A stretch of DNA of 64,000 nucleotides from an uncultured bacterium (GTDB taxonomy: Bacteria; Patescibacteriota; Dojkabacteria; J137): positions 1,000,690 to 1,064,689 of the forward strand of contig OY969472.1 of the NCBI GenBank assembly GCA_963700155.1. The letters run 5' to 3'. The position numbers were made by a program, and so were the translations under genes. The notes below the pieces were generated by a model. It did no database searches. It worked only from the letters and a program-made list of their open reading frames with translations, and was not told the origin of the DNA. Below, in pieces: positions 9,497 to 19,479 of the stretch; the stretch's first letter is position 1; each line of letters starts with the position of its first letter.

Positions 9497-10311
9497 ACTT
9501 CAATAGAACCTGGCAGATGAGGAAACAAGCTATTCATAACTTGATCAAAGATTAATTCGCGAAAAGGACTACCTAGTTCTTCCAACGGGAAAGTAATTCC
9601 AGTAATTGGTGAAGCAGCTTCTATCATAATTTCTGGGTAATCATATTCTTCACTTCCTGGAATATATGATGCTAAATCATGTTTATATTCAAATTTTACA
9701 AAAATTGTTACAGGTATACTTCCAAAAGAGGAATGTCTTGTGTCCTTAGAATATTCACTGAATAGTTCATCTATTCTACTATAAAGATTTTTTATTAGTT
9801 GCTGATTGAAATAATTCAAGTTTCTATTAGTTCCACCTGGTAATACTTCTCCATTGTCGAGTATTCTTATGCTCCAAAGATTACAATCTATATAATTTGA
9901 AATAACATCTTTACGATTTTCAACGACTCCATTTAAAATTGTTTCAATAAAATTTTTAGCTTGTTCTGATGATATGATTTTTGTTGGTTGATGAGCATTA
10001 TTTAACATTAATACTCCATTTTCATCAAAAACATTAGAGAAGTTATTATCAGAAGAAGTTCCTGCTGAACATGTATAAGATTTTTGTTGTTCAGGAACTA
10101 GAAAATTTAAAAATTCTTCATCCGAATGAAAATTATTTAAAAGTATTAATGCTGACTGATCTTTAGTAACTTCTTTTAATTGATCTAATAAAGATTGGTT
10201 ATCGTTTGATGGTCTTTGTATAAATAATGACAAAATTAGTGTAAATAAAATTGGAAGACTCCAAATAGGAACTCTTGTTTTTTGATATTTTTTTTCTAAA
10301 GTATCCTTCAT
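9493..10311 (-). CDS. Hypothetical secreted/membrane-anchored protein
   Basis: ORF with an N-terminal hydrophobic segment. No recognisable motif. Confidence 0.35.
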   Translation of the reverse strand: MKDTLEKKYQKTRVPIWSLPILFTLILSLFIQRPSNDNQSLLDQLKEVTKDQSALILLNNFHSDEEFLNFLVPEQQKSYTCSAGTSSDNNFSNVFDENGVLMLNNAHQPTKIISSEQAKNFIETILNGVVENRKDVISNYIDCNLWSIRILDNGEVLPGGTNRNLNYFNQQLIKNLYSRIDELFSEYSKDTRHSSFGSIPVTIFVKFEYKHDLASYIPGSEEYDYPEIMIEAASPITGITFPLEELGSPFRELIFDQVMNSLFPHLPGSIEV

Positions 10312-10385
10312 TGCGTGAATTATATCACGGGTATTGATTTCTGATGTATAATCATTAGAATAAGATTTAACTAAATTGAACTAAA

Positions 10386-10979
10386 ATGAATGATATTAGA
10401 AGTGAAAGATATTCAGCTAAACATGATCCATACAAAATTTTCTATGATTTAGGCTTAATGTTGAATGGACAATCAGGTACTACTGGTGTATTTTCTGATC
10501 CAGCTAAAAGGATAAATATAGTTGATGCATTGGAGGAAGATGAAATTTTATCTTCAAAAAAGTTAACAGAATTGGTAGCTTATAATTTGTGGTATAGACT
10601 TCAAATCATATTTGCTAATAATCTTGACATAAATTTAGAAGGAACAAGATTGTTGATGGCGCCAAATCCGGATACTAACGGATTTGGCGCCCAGTTAAAT
10701 GATTTTTTAATTGCAGCTAAGGATTTAGTAATTTTTCAAAATTACTATAAACAGATTCTTGATAAACTAGACGAATTGCACAGTGATTATTATCATAGAG
10801 TTGAGAAGTTTTTCACAGTAGAAAGGGTAAGTTTTAATAAAAGAGTTTTACAATTAGTTAAAGAATATCTTGAATATTTAGTTAAGAATAACTTTTATAA
10901 GGTTGAAGAAGTAATTTATAATATTCAAGATGTTATAGAATTAATAGATCAGTATTTTGAAGATAATTCTGAAATTTAA
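10386..10979 (+). CDS. Hypothetical protein
   Basis: ORF only. Confidence 0.35.
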   Translation: MNDIRSERYSAKHDPYKIFYDLGLMLNGQSGTTGVFSDPAKRINIVDALEEDEILSSKKLTELVAYNLWYRLQIIFANNLDINLEGTRLLMAPNPDTNGFGAQLNDFLIAAKDLVIFQNYYKQILDKLDELHSDYYHRVEKFFTVERVSFNKRVLQLVKEYLEYLVKNNFYKVEEVIYNIQDVIELIDQYFEDNSEI

Positions 10980-10982
10980 ATT

Positions 10983-12077
10983 ATGTATGAAGAAATAAAA
11001 AAACTTAAAAAAAGAATAGAATCAATAAGATCTAAAAAAGATCTAACTTTGCTTATATCTGAAAGAGATGAATTGGAAAAAGAATCTATGTCGCCGAGTT
11101 TTTGGCAGGATAACGAAAATGCCCAACTTACTATGCAAAAACTCGGCGACATTAAATCAGAAATTAATAAAGTTGAAGAACTCGAGAGACATATCAAAGA
11201 TCTTGAAGATATGGCTTCTGAGATTTCGCATGAAGAAGATTCAGATGAAGTCGATCAAGAGCTTAATAAGATGGTTAGTGATGATATAAATAAATTAGAA
11301 AAAGAAATTGAAGAAACTGAATTAACAACTTTTCTTTCTGGAAAATTTGATAGAAATAATGTGATTATGAAAGTCATAGCAGGACAAGGAGGTACAGAAG
11401 CTTGTGATTGGGCTTCAATGGTTTTTAGAATGTATTTACGATTCGCAAATTCAAAAGGATGGAAGGTTACGGTTTTAGATCAGGTTGATGGAACTGAAGC
11501 TGGTATTGCTAGTGTTGAATTTGAAATTGATGGTCTTTATGCATATGGATATTTAAAACATGAACATGGTACTCATAGATTAGTTAGGAATTCTCCATTT
11601 AATGCACAAGGATTAAGACAAACTTCATTTGCAGGAGTTGAAGTATTACCGGTTGTTGATGAGGATATAGATATTGACATTCCTGAGAGTGATATTGAAT
11701 TTTCTGCAGTTCGTAGTAGTGGTGCTGGTGGTCAGAATGTTAATAAAGTGGCTTCAAAAGTTAGAATTTTACATAAACCTTCTGGAATAATTATTGAATC
11801 TTCAGTACATAGAAAACAATTCCAGAATCGAGATGCTGCAATGAGGCTTCTTAAAGCAAGACTTTATGAAATAGAAGAATCAAAACATAAAAGTGAACTT
11901 GCAACACAAAAAGGTGAATATAAAGTTGCTGGCTGGGGAAATCAGATAAGAAATTATGTTATGCAACCTTATAAATTAGTTAAAGATGTTAGGACAGGTA
12001 TAGAAACTTCAAATATTGAATCAGTTCTTGACGGCGATTTGCAACAGTTTATTGATGCTGAGGTAAGAAAACTTTAA
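10983..12077 (+). CDS. prfB: Peptide chain release factor 2
   Basis: It has the SPF tripeptide (RLVRNSPFNAQ) and the GGQ motif (SGAGGQNVNKV). It is a single uninterrupted frame with no CUU-UGA shift site. Confidence 0.9.
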   Translation: MYEEIKKLKKRIESIRSKKDLTLLISERDELEKESMSPSFWQDNENAQLTMQKLGDIKSEINKVEELERHIKDLEDMASEISHEEDSDEVDQELNKMVSDDINKLEKEIEETELTTFLSGKFDRNNVIMKVIAGQGGTEACDWASMVFRMYLRFANSKGWKVTVLDQVDGTEAGIASVEFEIDGLYAYGYLKHEHGTHRLVRNSPFNAQGLRQTSFAGVEVLPVVDEDIDIDIPESDIEFSAVRSSGAGGQNVNKVASKVRILHKPSGIIIESSVHRKQFQNRDAAMRLLKARLYEIEESKHKSELATQKGEYKVAGWGNQIRNYVMQPYKLVKDVRTGIETSNIESVLDGDLQQFIDAEVRKL

Positions 12078-12733
12078 GCAGCCTTAGGCATATCTTCTGG
12101 CTTATTCTCTGGTGCGGGTTCTACTGGTGTTGGTGGCACAGGTGCAGCTGGTGGTGGCACAGGAGCAGTAGGTATTGGTGTAACAGGTGGAGTTACAGGC
12201 ATAGGTTGTTCTTGAGTAGGTGGTGTTGGTGGCATTGTCCCTTCTGGTTTCGGAGGTTCAGCTTCGTTTGTACTATTTGAGATTTTCTTTCCATTAAATG
12301 CATCCTCAACCGTTTGAAGTAATTCTTCAGGTTCAGTATCTATTTTCAACTTATAACCAATAGCTCCTAATTTGATTGCTTCTTGTATTGCAATATCACC
12401 ACCAATATTTGTGAGCATTATTACAATAGGATTTCCATACTTAGCAGCATCTCCTTTTATAGTTGCTAGAGTGTCTACACCATCTAGGTTAGGCATTACA
12501 ATATCTAAAAGTATCAAATCAAACTTTAACTTTTCATCCTTCTCTAAGGCCTCATTTCCATCACTTGCAACATCAACTTCGTAGTTTGGATTAGTTTTTA
12601 ATAATTCTGCAAATAATTCACGTGCATCTGGTTCATCATCAACTACAAGAATTTTCTTTTTGATTCCCATTGATGGGTTACTAGAAGGATTTTGTAATTG
12701 TGTTACTTGTGTTGAATTATTGCTATCGTTCAT
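12074..12733 (-). CDS. Single-domain response regulator (REC) with Pro/Thr-rich C-terminal tail
   Basis: The CheY-like receiver has KKILVVDDEPD, the phospho-acceptor context DLILLDIVMPNLDG and a conserved Lys region. The tail is PT-rich, with no DNA-binding output domain and no adjacent kinase. Confidence 0.7.
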   Translation of the reverse strand: MNDSNNSTQVTQLQNPSSNPSMGIKKKILVVDDEPDARELFAELLKTNPNYEVDVASDGNEALEKDEKLKFDLILLDIVMPNLDGVDTLATIKGDAAKYGNPIVIMLTNIGGDIAIQEAIKLGAIGYKLKIDTEPEELLQTVEDAFNGKKISNSTNEAEPPKPEGTMPPTPPTQEQPMPVTPPVTPIPTAPVPPPAAPVPPTPVEPAPENKPEDMPKAA

Positions 12734-12875
12734 AAAATTATTCGAAATTAATTATTACCATTATATTACAAATATCCCTTTTTAAATGCAACTTTTTTCG
12801 CAAATGATATAATATTTAGCTGTTATTTATATAAAATAATATGCTAATCTAATTTATAACTTAAAGATTACTTAG

Positions 12876-14369
12876 ATGTCAGAGGTAAGAACAAGAATTG
12901 CACCAAGTCCAACAGGAGGTCTTCATATCGGTCATATGAGAACAATTCTTTTTGATTATGCTTTAGCAAAAAAAAATAATGGGAAATTTATAATTAGAAT
13001 TGAAGATACAGATCAAAATAGGTATGTAGAAGGAGCTGTAGAAAATTTATTAAATGTAATTGAAGAATATGGTATTAAGTGGGATGAAGGGCCAAGAATT
13101 GGTGGAAAGTTTGCGCCATATGTTCAATCTGAGAGATTAGATTTATATAAAAAATATGCTGAGAAGTTAGTAGAACAAGACGATGCTTACTATTGCTTTT
13201 TAAATGAAGAAGAAACTAAGAGTCTTCAAGAACAATTCAGGATTGATGGTAAAAAGTTTAGATCTCCATACCGCAATACTTCTAAGGAGGAAATTCAAAA
13301 TCTTTTAAATGAAAACAAACCCTATGTAATTAGACTTAAAGTGAAGGAGGGGCAAAACTTAACATTTACAGATGAGATATTGGGGCAAATTTCGTTCAGT
13401 ACAAATGAAGTTGATGATCAAATATTATTAAAAAGTGATGGATATCCAACATATCACTTGGCAGTTGTTATAGATGATCATTTGATGGAAATAACTCATG
13501 TCTTGAGAGGAAATGACTGGCTACCATCAACTCCAAAGCATATTTTGCTTTACAACGCATTTGGATGGGAACTTCCGAAATTTGCCCATTTGCCAAACTT
13601 AAAAGAAAAAGATAGTGGTAAAAAATTATCAAAGAGATTTGGTGCAGTATTTGCAATACAATTTTTAGAATCTGGATATCTTCCAGAGGCTCTTAATAAT
13701 TTCTTAATGCTTTTAGGCTGGTCTTCACCGCTTGAAAGAGTTCATGGTGAAAAGGAAAGAGAGTTATTTACTTTAAATGAATTTGTTGAATTATTTTCTT
13801 TAGATCATGTACAGAAAACAGCATTAGTATCTTTTGATAGAGAAAAGCTGAAATGGTTTAATCAACAGTATTTGAAAAATCTTTCTGATGATGAATTAAA
13901 AACGAGATTTTTCAGTTGGATGAATAAATATATGAAGGATAATTCAAGTTTTCATAATATTAAGAATGATCTTAAAAAAAATATCTTATCTGAGAAATTA
14001 AAATTAGTGAAGGAAAGATCTGTAACATTTTCTGATGTCTTAAACTCTATTGAATTCTTTTACAAAAAACCAAAAGATATTGATTGGAACATAAAACAGA
14101 CTGAGAACTTTCAAGATAAAATTAAAATATTACTTGAAAATATTAAAGATTTATTTGAGAATATGGGAAATGATACGAGTACATGGGATAATGGGAAATG
14201 GGTTGAAGATATGAAGAAGATATCCCAAATTTATAATTTAAAAGGCGGAGATTCATTTATGGCTTTGAGATTAGCGATTATCGGAGGACCATTCTCTCCA
14301 CCATTGTTTGAAGTACTCCAAATACTTGGTAAAGATGAAATTATTACAAGAATAAAAGATTCCATATAA
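12876..14369 (+). CDS. gltX: Glutamyl-tRNA synthetase
   Basis: The class I HIGH motif (GGLHIGHMRT) and KMSKS-like motif (KLSKRFG) are present, with a GluRS catalytic-core and anticodon-binding layout. Confidence 0.9.
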   Translation: MSEVRTRIAPSPTGGLHIGHMRTILFDYALAKKNNGKFIIRIEDTDQNRYVEGAVENLLNVIEEYGIKWDEGPRIGGKFAPYVQSERLDLYKKYAEKLVEQDDAYYCFLNEEETKSLQEQFRIDGKKFRSPYRNTSKEEIQNLLNENKPYVIRLKVKEGQNLTFTDEILGQISFSTNEVDDQILLKSDGYPTYHLAVVIDDHLMEITHVLRGNDWLPSTPKHILLYNAFGWELPKFAHLPNLKEKDSGKKLSKRFGAVFAIQFLESGYLPEALNNFLMLLGWSSPLERVHGEKERELFTLNEFVELFSLDHVQKTALVSFDREKLKWFNQQYLKNLSDDELKTRFFSWMNKYMKDNSSFHNIKNDLKKNILSEKLKLVKERSVTFSDVLNSIEFFYKKPKDIDWNIKQTENFQDKIKILLENIKDLFENMGNDTSTWDNGKWVEDMKKISQIYNLKGGDSFMALRLAIIGGPFSPPLFEVLQILGKDEIITRIKDSI

Positions 14370-14374
14370 CTATC

Positions 14375-15475
14375 ATGACTAAAGATTTTGCATCAAAAAG
14401 ATACAGTACTTTTTCTTCGGCAAAGGAACAGAATGTTAAGAAGAAATTTAAAGTGAAGGATATACTAAGACTTGGTCAATTCCTGAAACAAAAAACTGTC
14501 AGTAGAATGTTTTGGGGAAGAAGTAGTTTTTATAAGAATGTAACACAATTTTTGATGTTAGGAATTACTGTTTTTATAGCTGTTAGCGGATTATCTAATA
14601 GAATTTCTGTATCAGCATCAACTAATTTAGCAGTTGGTAATGAGATTGTTGGATCAAATGATCTTTTACCCCAAGGTGGTTCAATTGATACAGTACTAGT
14701 AAGTTATGCTGGAGGAATTGGGGCAATTGATCATCTTGTTAAATCTGGTGAGACATTAAATGATATAGCTTCTCTATACAAAGTAACTGTTGATACAATC
14801 AGATGGTACAATTCGGATTTAATTAGTCCTTTCAGTAATGATATTCAGGAAGGTTGGGATTTGAAAATTCCTGCATTTGAAGGACAACCTATTAATGGAG
14901 TTTTATATACAGTAAAAGCTGGTCAAACATTAGATGATGTTGTGAATATAACTAGTTCGAATAATAGCGAGTCTAATATTTCAAATATTGTTGAATTTAA
15001 TGATCTTCCAAAACCTTATACATTAAAAGAAGGACAAAAATTATTTATTCCAGACGGGAATTTAATTAATAATAATTTGCAAGTAACGGGGATTCCAAGA
15101 GGCGTGTTTATTAATCCACTATCTAATCCTGAATGTGCAGGTTATAGTTTCTCAAGAGGATTTACTTATTATCATGATGGTGTTGATTTAGCTAGATGGC
15201 CGGGTTGTCCTGTTGAGGCAGTAGCAGCTGGAACTGTTATCTATGCAGGTTGGGAGAATCTTTCAGGATACTGTGTAAAGATTGATCATGGGGGCGGGAT
15301 CCAAACTAATTACTATCATGCTGAGACAGTTTATGTAAGGGTTGGTCAAAGAGTTCAACAAGGTGATATTATTATGAAAATGGGAGATACTGGAAATAGT
15401 ACAGGTACTCATTTACATATGTCTTTGTTTAAAGATCACATTGCAGTGGATCCCGCCCCATATGTTCCTTACTAA
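14375..15475 (+). CDS. M23 family metallopeptidase with LysM domains
   Basis: It has an N-terminal TM helix, two LysM-like segments (GETLNDIASLYKVTVDTIRWYN and GQTLDDVVNI), and the M23 core DHGGGIQTNYYH...GNSTGTHLHMS. Confidence 0.85.
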   Translation: MTKDFASKRYSTFSSAKEQNVKKKFKVKDILRLGQFLKQKTVSRMFWGRSSFYKNVTQFLMLGITVFIAVSGLSNRISVSASTNLAVGNEIVGSNDLLPQGGSIDTVLVSYAGGIGAIDHLVKSGETLNDIASLYKVTVDTIRWYNSDLISPFSNDIQEGWDLKIPAFEGQPINGVLYTVKAGQTLDDVVNITSSNNSESNISNIVEFNDLPKPYTLKEGQKLFIPDGNLINNNLQVTGIPRGVFINPLSNPECAGYSFSRGFTYYHDGVDLARWPGCPVEAVAAGTVIYAGWENLSGYCVKIDHGGGIQTNYYHAETVYVRVGQRVQQGDIIMKMGDTGNSTGTHLHMSLFKDHIAVDPAPYVPY

Positions 15476-15651
15476 TTTCTAAGTTTTTTAGGAACTTCTA
15501 AACCTTCTTCTTTTATTAATTTAATTATATTTGGAGTAAGTTCCCTGCAGCTGCAGTTTTTCGCATGTTCAACATGCCATTTTGCCCTTTGATGTTTTGT
15601 TGGATTTTTAGGCATTTTATTTGAGAGGTGCCACTCTTTATTTATTTTCAT
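15472..15651 (-). CDS. Small conserved hypothetical protein (59 aa) with CxC/His-rich motif
   Basis: It is not in the ORF track because it is under 60 aa. A GGAGGT Shine-Dalgarno sits 5 nt upstream of the ATG. The product MKINKEWHLSNKMPKNPTKHQRAKWHVEHAKNCSCRELTPNIIKLIKEEGLEVPKKLRN has WH...WHxEH...CxC, which looks like a metal-binding mini-protein. Confidence 0.4.
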   Translation of the reverse strand: MKINKEWHLSNKMPKNPTKHQRAKWHVEHAKNCSCRELTPNIIKLIKEEGLEVPKKLRN

Positions 15652-15707
15652 TTAACCTCCAATTAATGAATAAATTTCTAAACAGAGTTAAATCTATTTA
15701 ATTATTT

Positions 15708-15780
15708 TGCCGGTCAGGGATTCGAACCCAGTCCTCTTTCCTGTTAGGAGAGAGGAATTGAGGAGTGAGGTCTAGGCAGA
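15708..15780 (-). other. tRNA-like 3' half (T-arm plus acceptor-like) without a canonical 5' half
   Basis: The minus-strand sequence GGACTGGGTTCGAATCCCTGACCGGCA resembles a T-arm (one T.T mismatch) plus a 3' acceptor strand. The 5' portion is pyrimidine-rich and cannot form D or anticodon arms. It abuts tRNA-Gln. Confidence 0.2.
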
Positions 15781-15781
15781 A

Positions 15782-15852
15782 TTGCGGGACTAGGATTCGA
15801 ACCTAGATAAATGGTTCCAGAAACCATTGTCCTACCATTAGACGATCCCGCA
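15782..15852 (-). tRNA. tRNA-Gln (anticodon CUG)
   Basis: Manual fold: acceptor TGCGGGA/TCCCGCA, D-arm GTCT..GGAC, anticodon arm ATGGT-TTCTGGA-ACCAT, T-arm CTAGG-TTCGAAT-CCTAG. No CCA is encoded. Confidence 0.8.
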
Positions 15853-15907
15853 ATTCTGCCTAAATTAGCTCAAATTTTTAAAAATCATTAGACGAACCGG
15901 CAGTTAG

Positions 15908-16741
15908 TTAGGTAATGCCATAAGTTATTGCAACTACAAGTAAAATAACAACAATATATTCAGTAATTACAGAACCGGATAATGTGTGCATTAACTTGTG
16001 ATGTATTATAGCAGTTGATATATAGAAAAGGAAAATGAGGCTAAGGCTTAGTTGAAGTGGATTAATAATAAATAGTGAGTTAAATGCAATGAAAAAACTA
16101 GCAACTGCTAGTGATGCAATTATAGAATAAAGTAAAGTTAGTTTTCTAAATTTACCTAACCTCCAGATCATTAACATTAAGATTAAGAAAGTAGTTAAGA
16201 ATGATAATGTGCTTAAGAGCAATAAATTGCCTTCAGTACTAAGATAATAGTTATCAAGAGTATTTATTATAAGGAAAAATATTAAGAACTTTATAATGTC
16301 ATAAACATAGTGTGTTCTATGCTCTATTACTTTCAAATCAAGTAGAAAAGCTTTTGTATTTATTAACAATATATAGAAAATTATAAATGTAATGAAGAGT
16401 ATGGCAATCAAATTCTGATTATCATAGTTGTAATATCCAAAAGCTAATAAGGAAAAGTAAAGAAGTATCGGTAAAATAAGTTTGTGAAAAAAATGCGATA
16501 ACTCATTAATTTCGTCTTCAATATCGAAATTAATTTCTACTTTAGAACTTTTACTTTGGTAAGTTGTGAATAGTTCAATACAGTAAATTAGTAATATCGC
16601 AAATGAAAAGACAACAAAATTCGAAATATTGTTATATCTATGAAGTTCTTCGATAGAAATATAAATACCCAGAGTTATTGCCAGAGCATAAAAAAATGAA
16701 CTTAAGTTCCGAACAAATGGAAATTTTGAATTTTTGAACAT
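15908..16741 (-). CDS. Polytopic membrane protein, function unknown
   Basis: About 8 hydrophobic segments. No motif. Confidence 0.45.
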   Translation of the reverse strand: MFKNSKFPFVRNLSSFFYALAITLGIYISIEELHRYNNISNFVVFSFAILLIYCIELFTTYQSKSSKVEINFDIEDEINELSHFFHKLILPILLYFSLLAFGYYNYDNQNLIAILFITFIIFYILLINTKAFLLDLKVIEHRTHYVYDIIKFLIFFLIINTLDNYYLSTEGNLLLLSTLSFLTTFLILMLMIWRLGKFRKLTLLYSIIASLAVASFFIAFNSLFIINPLQLSLSLIFLFYISTAIIHHKLMHTLSGSVITEYIVVILLVVAITYGIT

Positions 16742-16838
16742 ATTGCTCTTTTAATTTACTTCTTTTTCAAATAATATTATTCTATTCGTATATTGAATTA
16801 TAAGTGTATTATATAAAAAATCAATTTAAAATTCCAAA

Positions 16839-17933
16839 ATGATTAACTTCTTTATACCAACTCAAAAAAATGGCTACAAGGCTTATTTAATGAAGACACC
16901 TGTTTTATTATTATTTGTTTTTATTATTGCTTCTTTTAACTTCGTAGTTAAGGTTAATGTTAACGCTCAATCTAATAGTCAGGAAATAAATACTGAAAAT
17001 CTTTTAAATGCTCATAATCGACAAAGAACGAATTTAAGAATTAAAGAATTGACATTAGATGCAAAACTTGAACAATCTGCTCAAAATAAAGCTAATGCAT
17101 TATTGGAGAGTAATTGTTGGTCTCATTACTGTCCAGATGGGAAATCACCATGGGATTTTTTTAAAGATGCAGGATATGACTTTGTAATTGCAGGAGAAAA
17201 TTTAGCTGAAGGCTTTTTTAATATCGATGATGTAATGACTGCTTGGATGAACAGTAAAACACATAGAGATAATATCTTAAATGCTGATTATAAGGATGTC
17301 GGCTTTGGAATTGCAAAAGGAAATTATCAAGGATTACAAAATAATATTATAGTTGTTGCTCATTTTGGTTCAACTTCAGCCGACATCCTGGCAGATCAAA
17401 GTAAACAACTATTAGTAACTTTTCCAAAGGATGATTCAACTTTAAATCAAAATAATACAAATGTAGAAGGTGTTGTTAAGGATTTGAGTGAAGTAAATAT
17501 ATTCTTAAATGGTTTAAATGATGGGAAAGCAAGTATAGATAATGGATTCTTCACATATAATTTGAAAAGTTTAAGAGAAGGCTCTAACTTTATTTATGCA
17601 GAAAGTCCATTAGAATTGGGTTTATCAAAAGATTCTAATGTTGTTAAAGTTACTTATGATCCTACCTTTGTTTCGGATAATATTAATCAATCAATTTCAG
17701 TTGATTTTAATAGTTTAACTTCTACTCCCCAATTAAAAAATTTAATTAATTTAATGTTCATTGTTGGACTTGGATCGCTCTTTCTATTAGACTTTTTAGT
17801 ATTATCTAGAACAAAGATTTTAGGTGAAAAAAGATCATTGACTCACTATCATTTTGGATTATTCATTATTTTAGCTATAATTGTCCTTGCAGGTGGTTTT
17901 GCTGGTACTTTAGGTCAAGCTTTAAGTATTTAA
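16839..17933 (+). CDS. CAP/SCP/PR-1 domain protein, secreted with C-terminal TM anchor
   Basis: It has a signal-like N-terminus, the CAP signature region (HNRQR...CWSHYCPDG...GENLAEG...HRDNILNADYKDVGFG), and a C-terminal hydrophobic anchor. Confidence 0.7.
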   Translation: MINFFIPTQKNGYKAYLMKTPVLLLFVFIIASFNFVVKVNVNAQSNSQEINTENLLNAHNRQRTNLRIKELTLDAKLEQSAQNKANALLESNCWSHYCPDGKSPWDFFKDAGYDFVIAGENLAEGFFNIDDVMTAWMNSKTHRDNILNADYKDVGFGIAKGNYQGLQNNIIVVAHFGSTSADILADQSKQLLVTFPKDDSTLNQNNTNVEGVVKDLSEVNIFLNGLNDGKASIDNGFFTYNLKSLREGSNFIYAESPLELGLSKDSNVVKVTYDPTFVSDNINQSISVDFNSLTSTPQLKNLINLMFIVGLGSLFLLDFLVLSRTKILGEKRSLTHYHFGLFIILAIIVLAGGFAGTLGQALSI

Positions 17934-17946
17934 TCTTTAAAAATTT

Positions 17947-19479
17947 ATGAAAAAATTAAAAATTCTAATTCCAATGCTGAGGAATGAACCTTTTGAATTT
18001 TTTATTTTTGATTTTTCAAGAAAAAATAATACCGCTTCAAACTTACTTTTAAAATATCTCTATTTTTTTGGTTATTCAATTTTTTTCTTAGGGTTATTCC
18101 TGATTTCTTTTTCCGGTGATTTTTATCAAAACATTGATAGTGAAACCTCAATACTGAAATATTTATTAATATTTTTACCTCTAATACTAGGTTTATATTT
18201 ATCTACGGTCGTTTTAAATGGTAAAAGACGAATTGTTGACCCTGAGTTCTTTCTTGCTGTATTACTTTTCGCACTAGGTACTACTTCAGCTGCTGTTCTA
18301 ACTTTAAATCCAAGTCTTAGTAATACTTTCGGATCTACAAGTATTAGAGCATTGAGTGGAATAGCTTTAATTTCTTTTATAATTCTCTTTTATTTAACAA
18401 ATATTTATATTCATAATAGAGTTTTGTTAAGAAGATCTATAAAATTATTACTTGCAGGTTTCATTTTATTCCTAATATTAAGGTTTTTAACACTACAATC
18501 AATTACTGACTCAGTTAATATAAATTTAATGCTGATTACCTTAGCAGGAATAGCTGTCTTAACTAAATCATCTATAAATTTACGCTGGTTTAAGATCTCT
18601 CTTATAATTATTTTATCTGTAATTGGAATATGGTCATATACGCATGATCAACTCGCAACAATAGGTTTAAGTTATGTTCTACTTCCATTATTTTTCGTAT
18701 TGTTAGTAATACTAATAGTTTTTTATTTTGCTAAAAGAAATTTCTTGAAAGTTATATTTAAAGGAAGTATGTCATTCTGGGAAGAAACTATGCATTCAAA
18801 AAAAGTTGATATTTTTAAATTTATAAAATATCTGATAGATTGGTTAATGTTGCTCTCTCCAATAATAGTATTGGTTGTATTTTTCCTAATAAACAGAGAT
18901 CAAAATATTCTTTTATCACTTCAAAGTCAATTTGAACAAAATTTAAAGTCATTTAATGTTATCTCTGATTTTTCAGCTGGTGTTAACTCTCAAACAATAA
19001 ACATCTTTTTATTTGGGAAAGGTTCAATGAGTTTAGTACCTTCAGATTCTTTGATTTCTAATGTGATCATTTCTCAAGGACTTTTAGGTCTAATTTCTTA
19101 CTTAGCAATTTTCCTTTATGCAATTTTAAATGGGATAAAGTGTCTTCTTAAAACTTTTAAGAAGGGAGGAAATTATACACTTCCATTATTTTTAGTATTT
19201 ATATTACTTTTAATCCCACTTGAGTCATTTTATTTTTATCCTGGTATGTTAATGCTTACCTTATGGTGGTTTGCTTTTGCTTTACTTTCAGTAAAATCAA
19301 AAATAAATAATAAAAAAGGATTAGTTAAACTTAATGATGAAGATATTGAAGTAAATGAGTTAAAAATAAAAGAAAGAAAATTGAGAGCCTATGTTAAATA
19401 TTTATTATTAATATTTATTTTTTCAGCTGATGCATACTTAGTTTACAATTTCATCCAGATTTTAACAAAAGCAATTTAA
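17947..19479 (+). CDS. Large polytopic membrane protein (possibly O-antigen ligase/polymerase-like)
   Basis: About 12 TM segments. Similarity to the Wzy_C motif is weak. It is adjacent to ftsW. Confidence 0.4.
   Translation: MKKLKILIPMLRNEPFEFFIFDFSRKNNTASNLLLKYLYFFGYSIFFLGLFLISFSGDFYQNIDSETSILKYLLIFLPLILGLYLSTVVLNGKRRIVDPEFFLAVLLFALGTTSAAVLTLNPSLSNTFGSTSIRALSGIALISFIILFYLTNIYIHNRVLLRRSIKLLLAGFILFLILRFLTLQSITDSVNINLMLITLAGIAVLTKSSINLRWFKISLIIILSVIGIWSYTHDQLATIGLSYVLLPLFFVLLVILIVFYFAKRNFLKVIFKGSMSFWEETMHSKKVDIFKFIKYLIDWLMLLSPIIVLVVFFLINRDQNILLSLQSQFEQNLKSFNVISDFSAGVNSQTINIFLFGKGSMSLVPSDSLISNVIISQGLLGLISYLAIFLYAILNGIKCLLKTFKKGGNYTLPLFLVFILLLIPLESFYFYPGMLMLTLWWFAFALLSVKSKINNKKGLVKLNDEDIEVNELKIKERKLRAYVKYLLLIFIFSADAYLVYNFIQILTKAI

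Noticed and set aside
15708-15780. Second canonical tRNA next to tRNA-Gln
   Set aside because: No D-arm or anticodon arm can be folded. A 7-bp acceptor pairing is not possible with the standard T-arm register. Only a 3'-half-like fragment is supportable.
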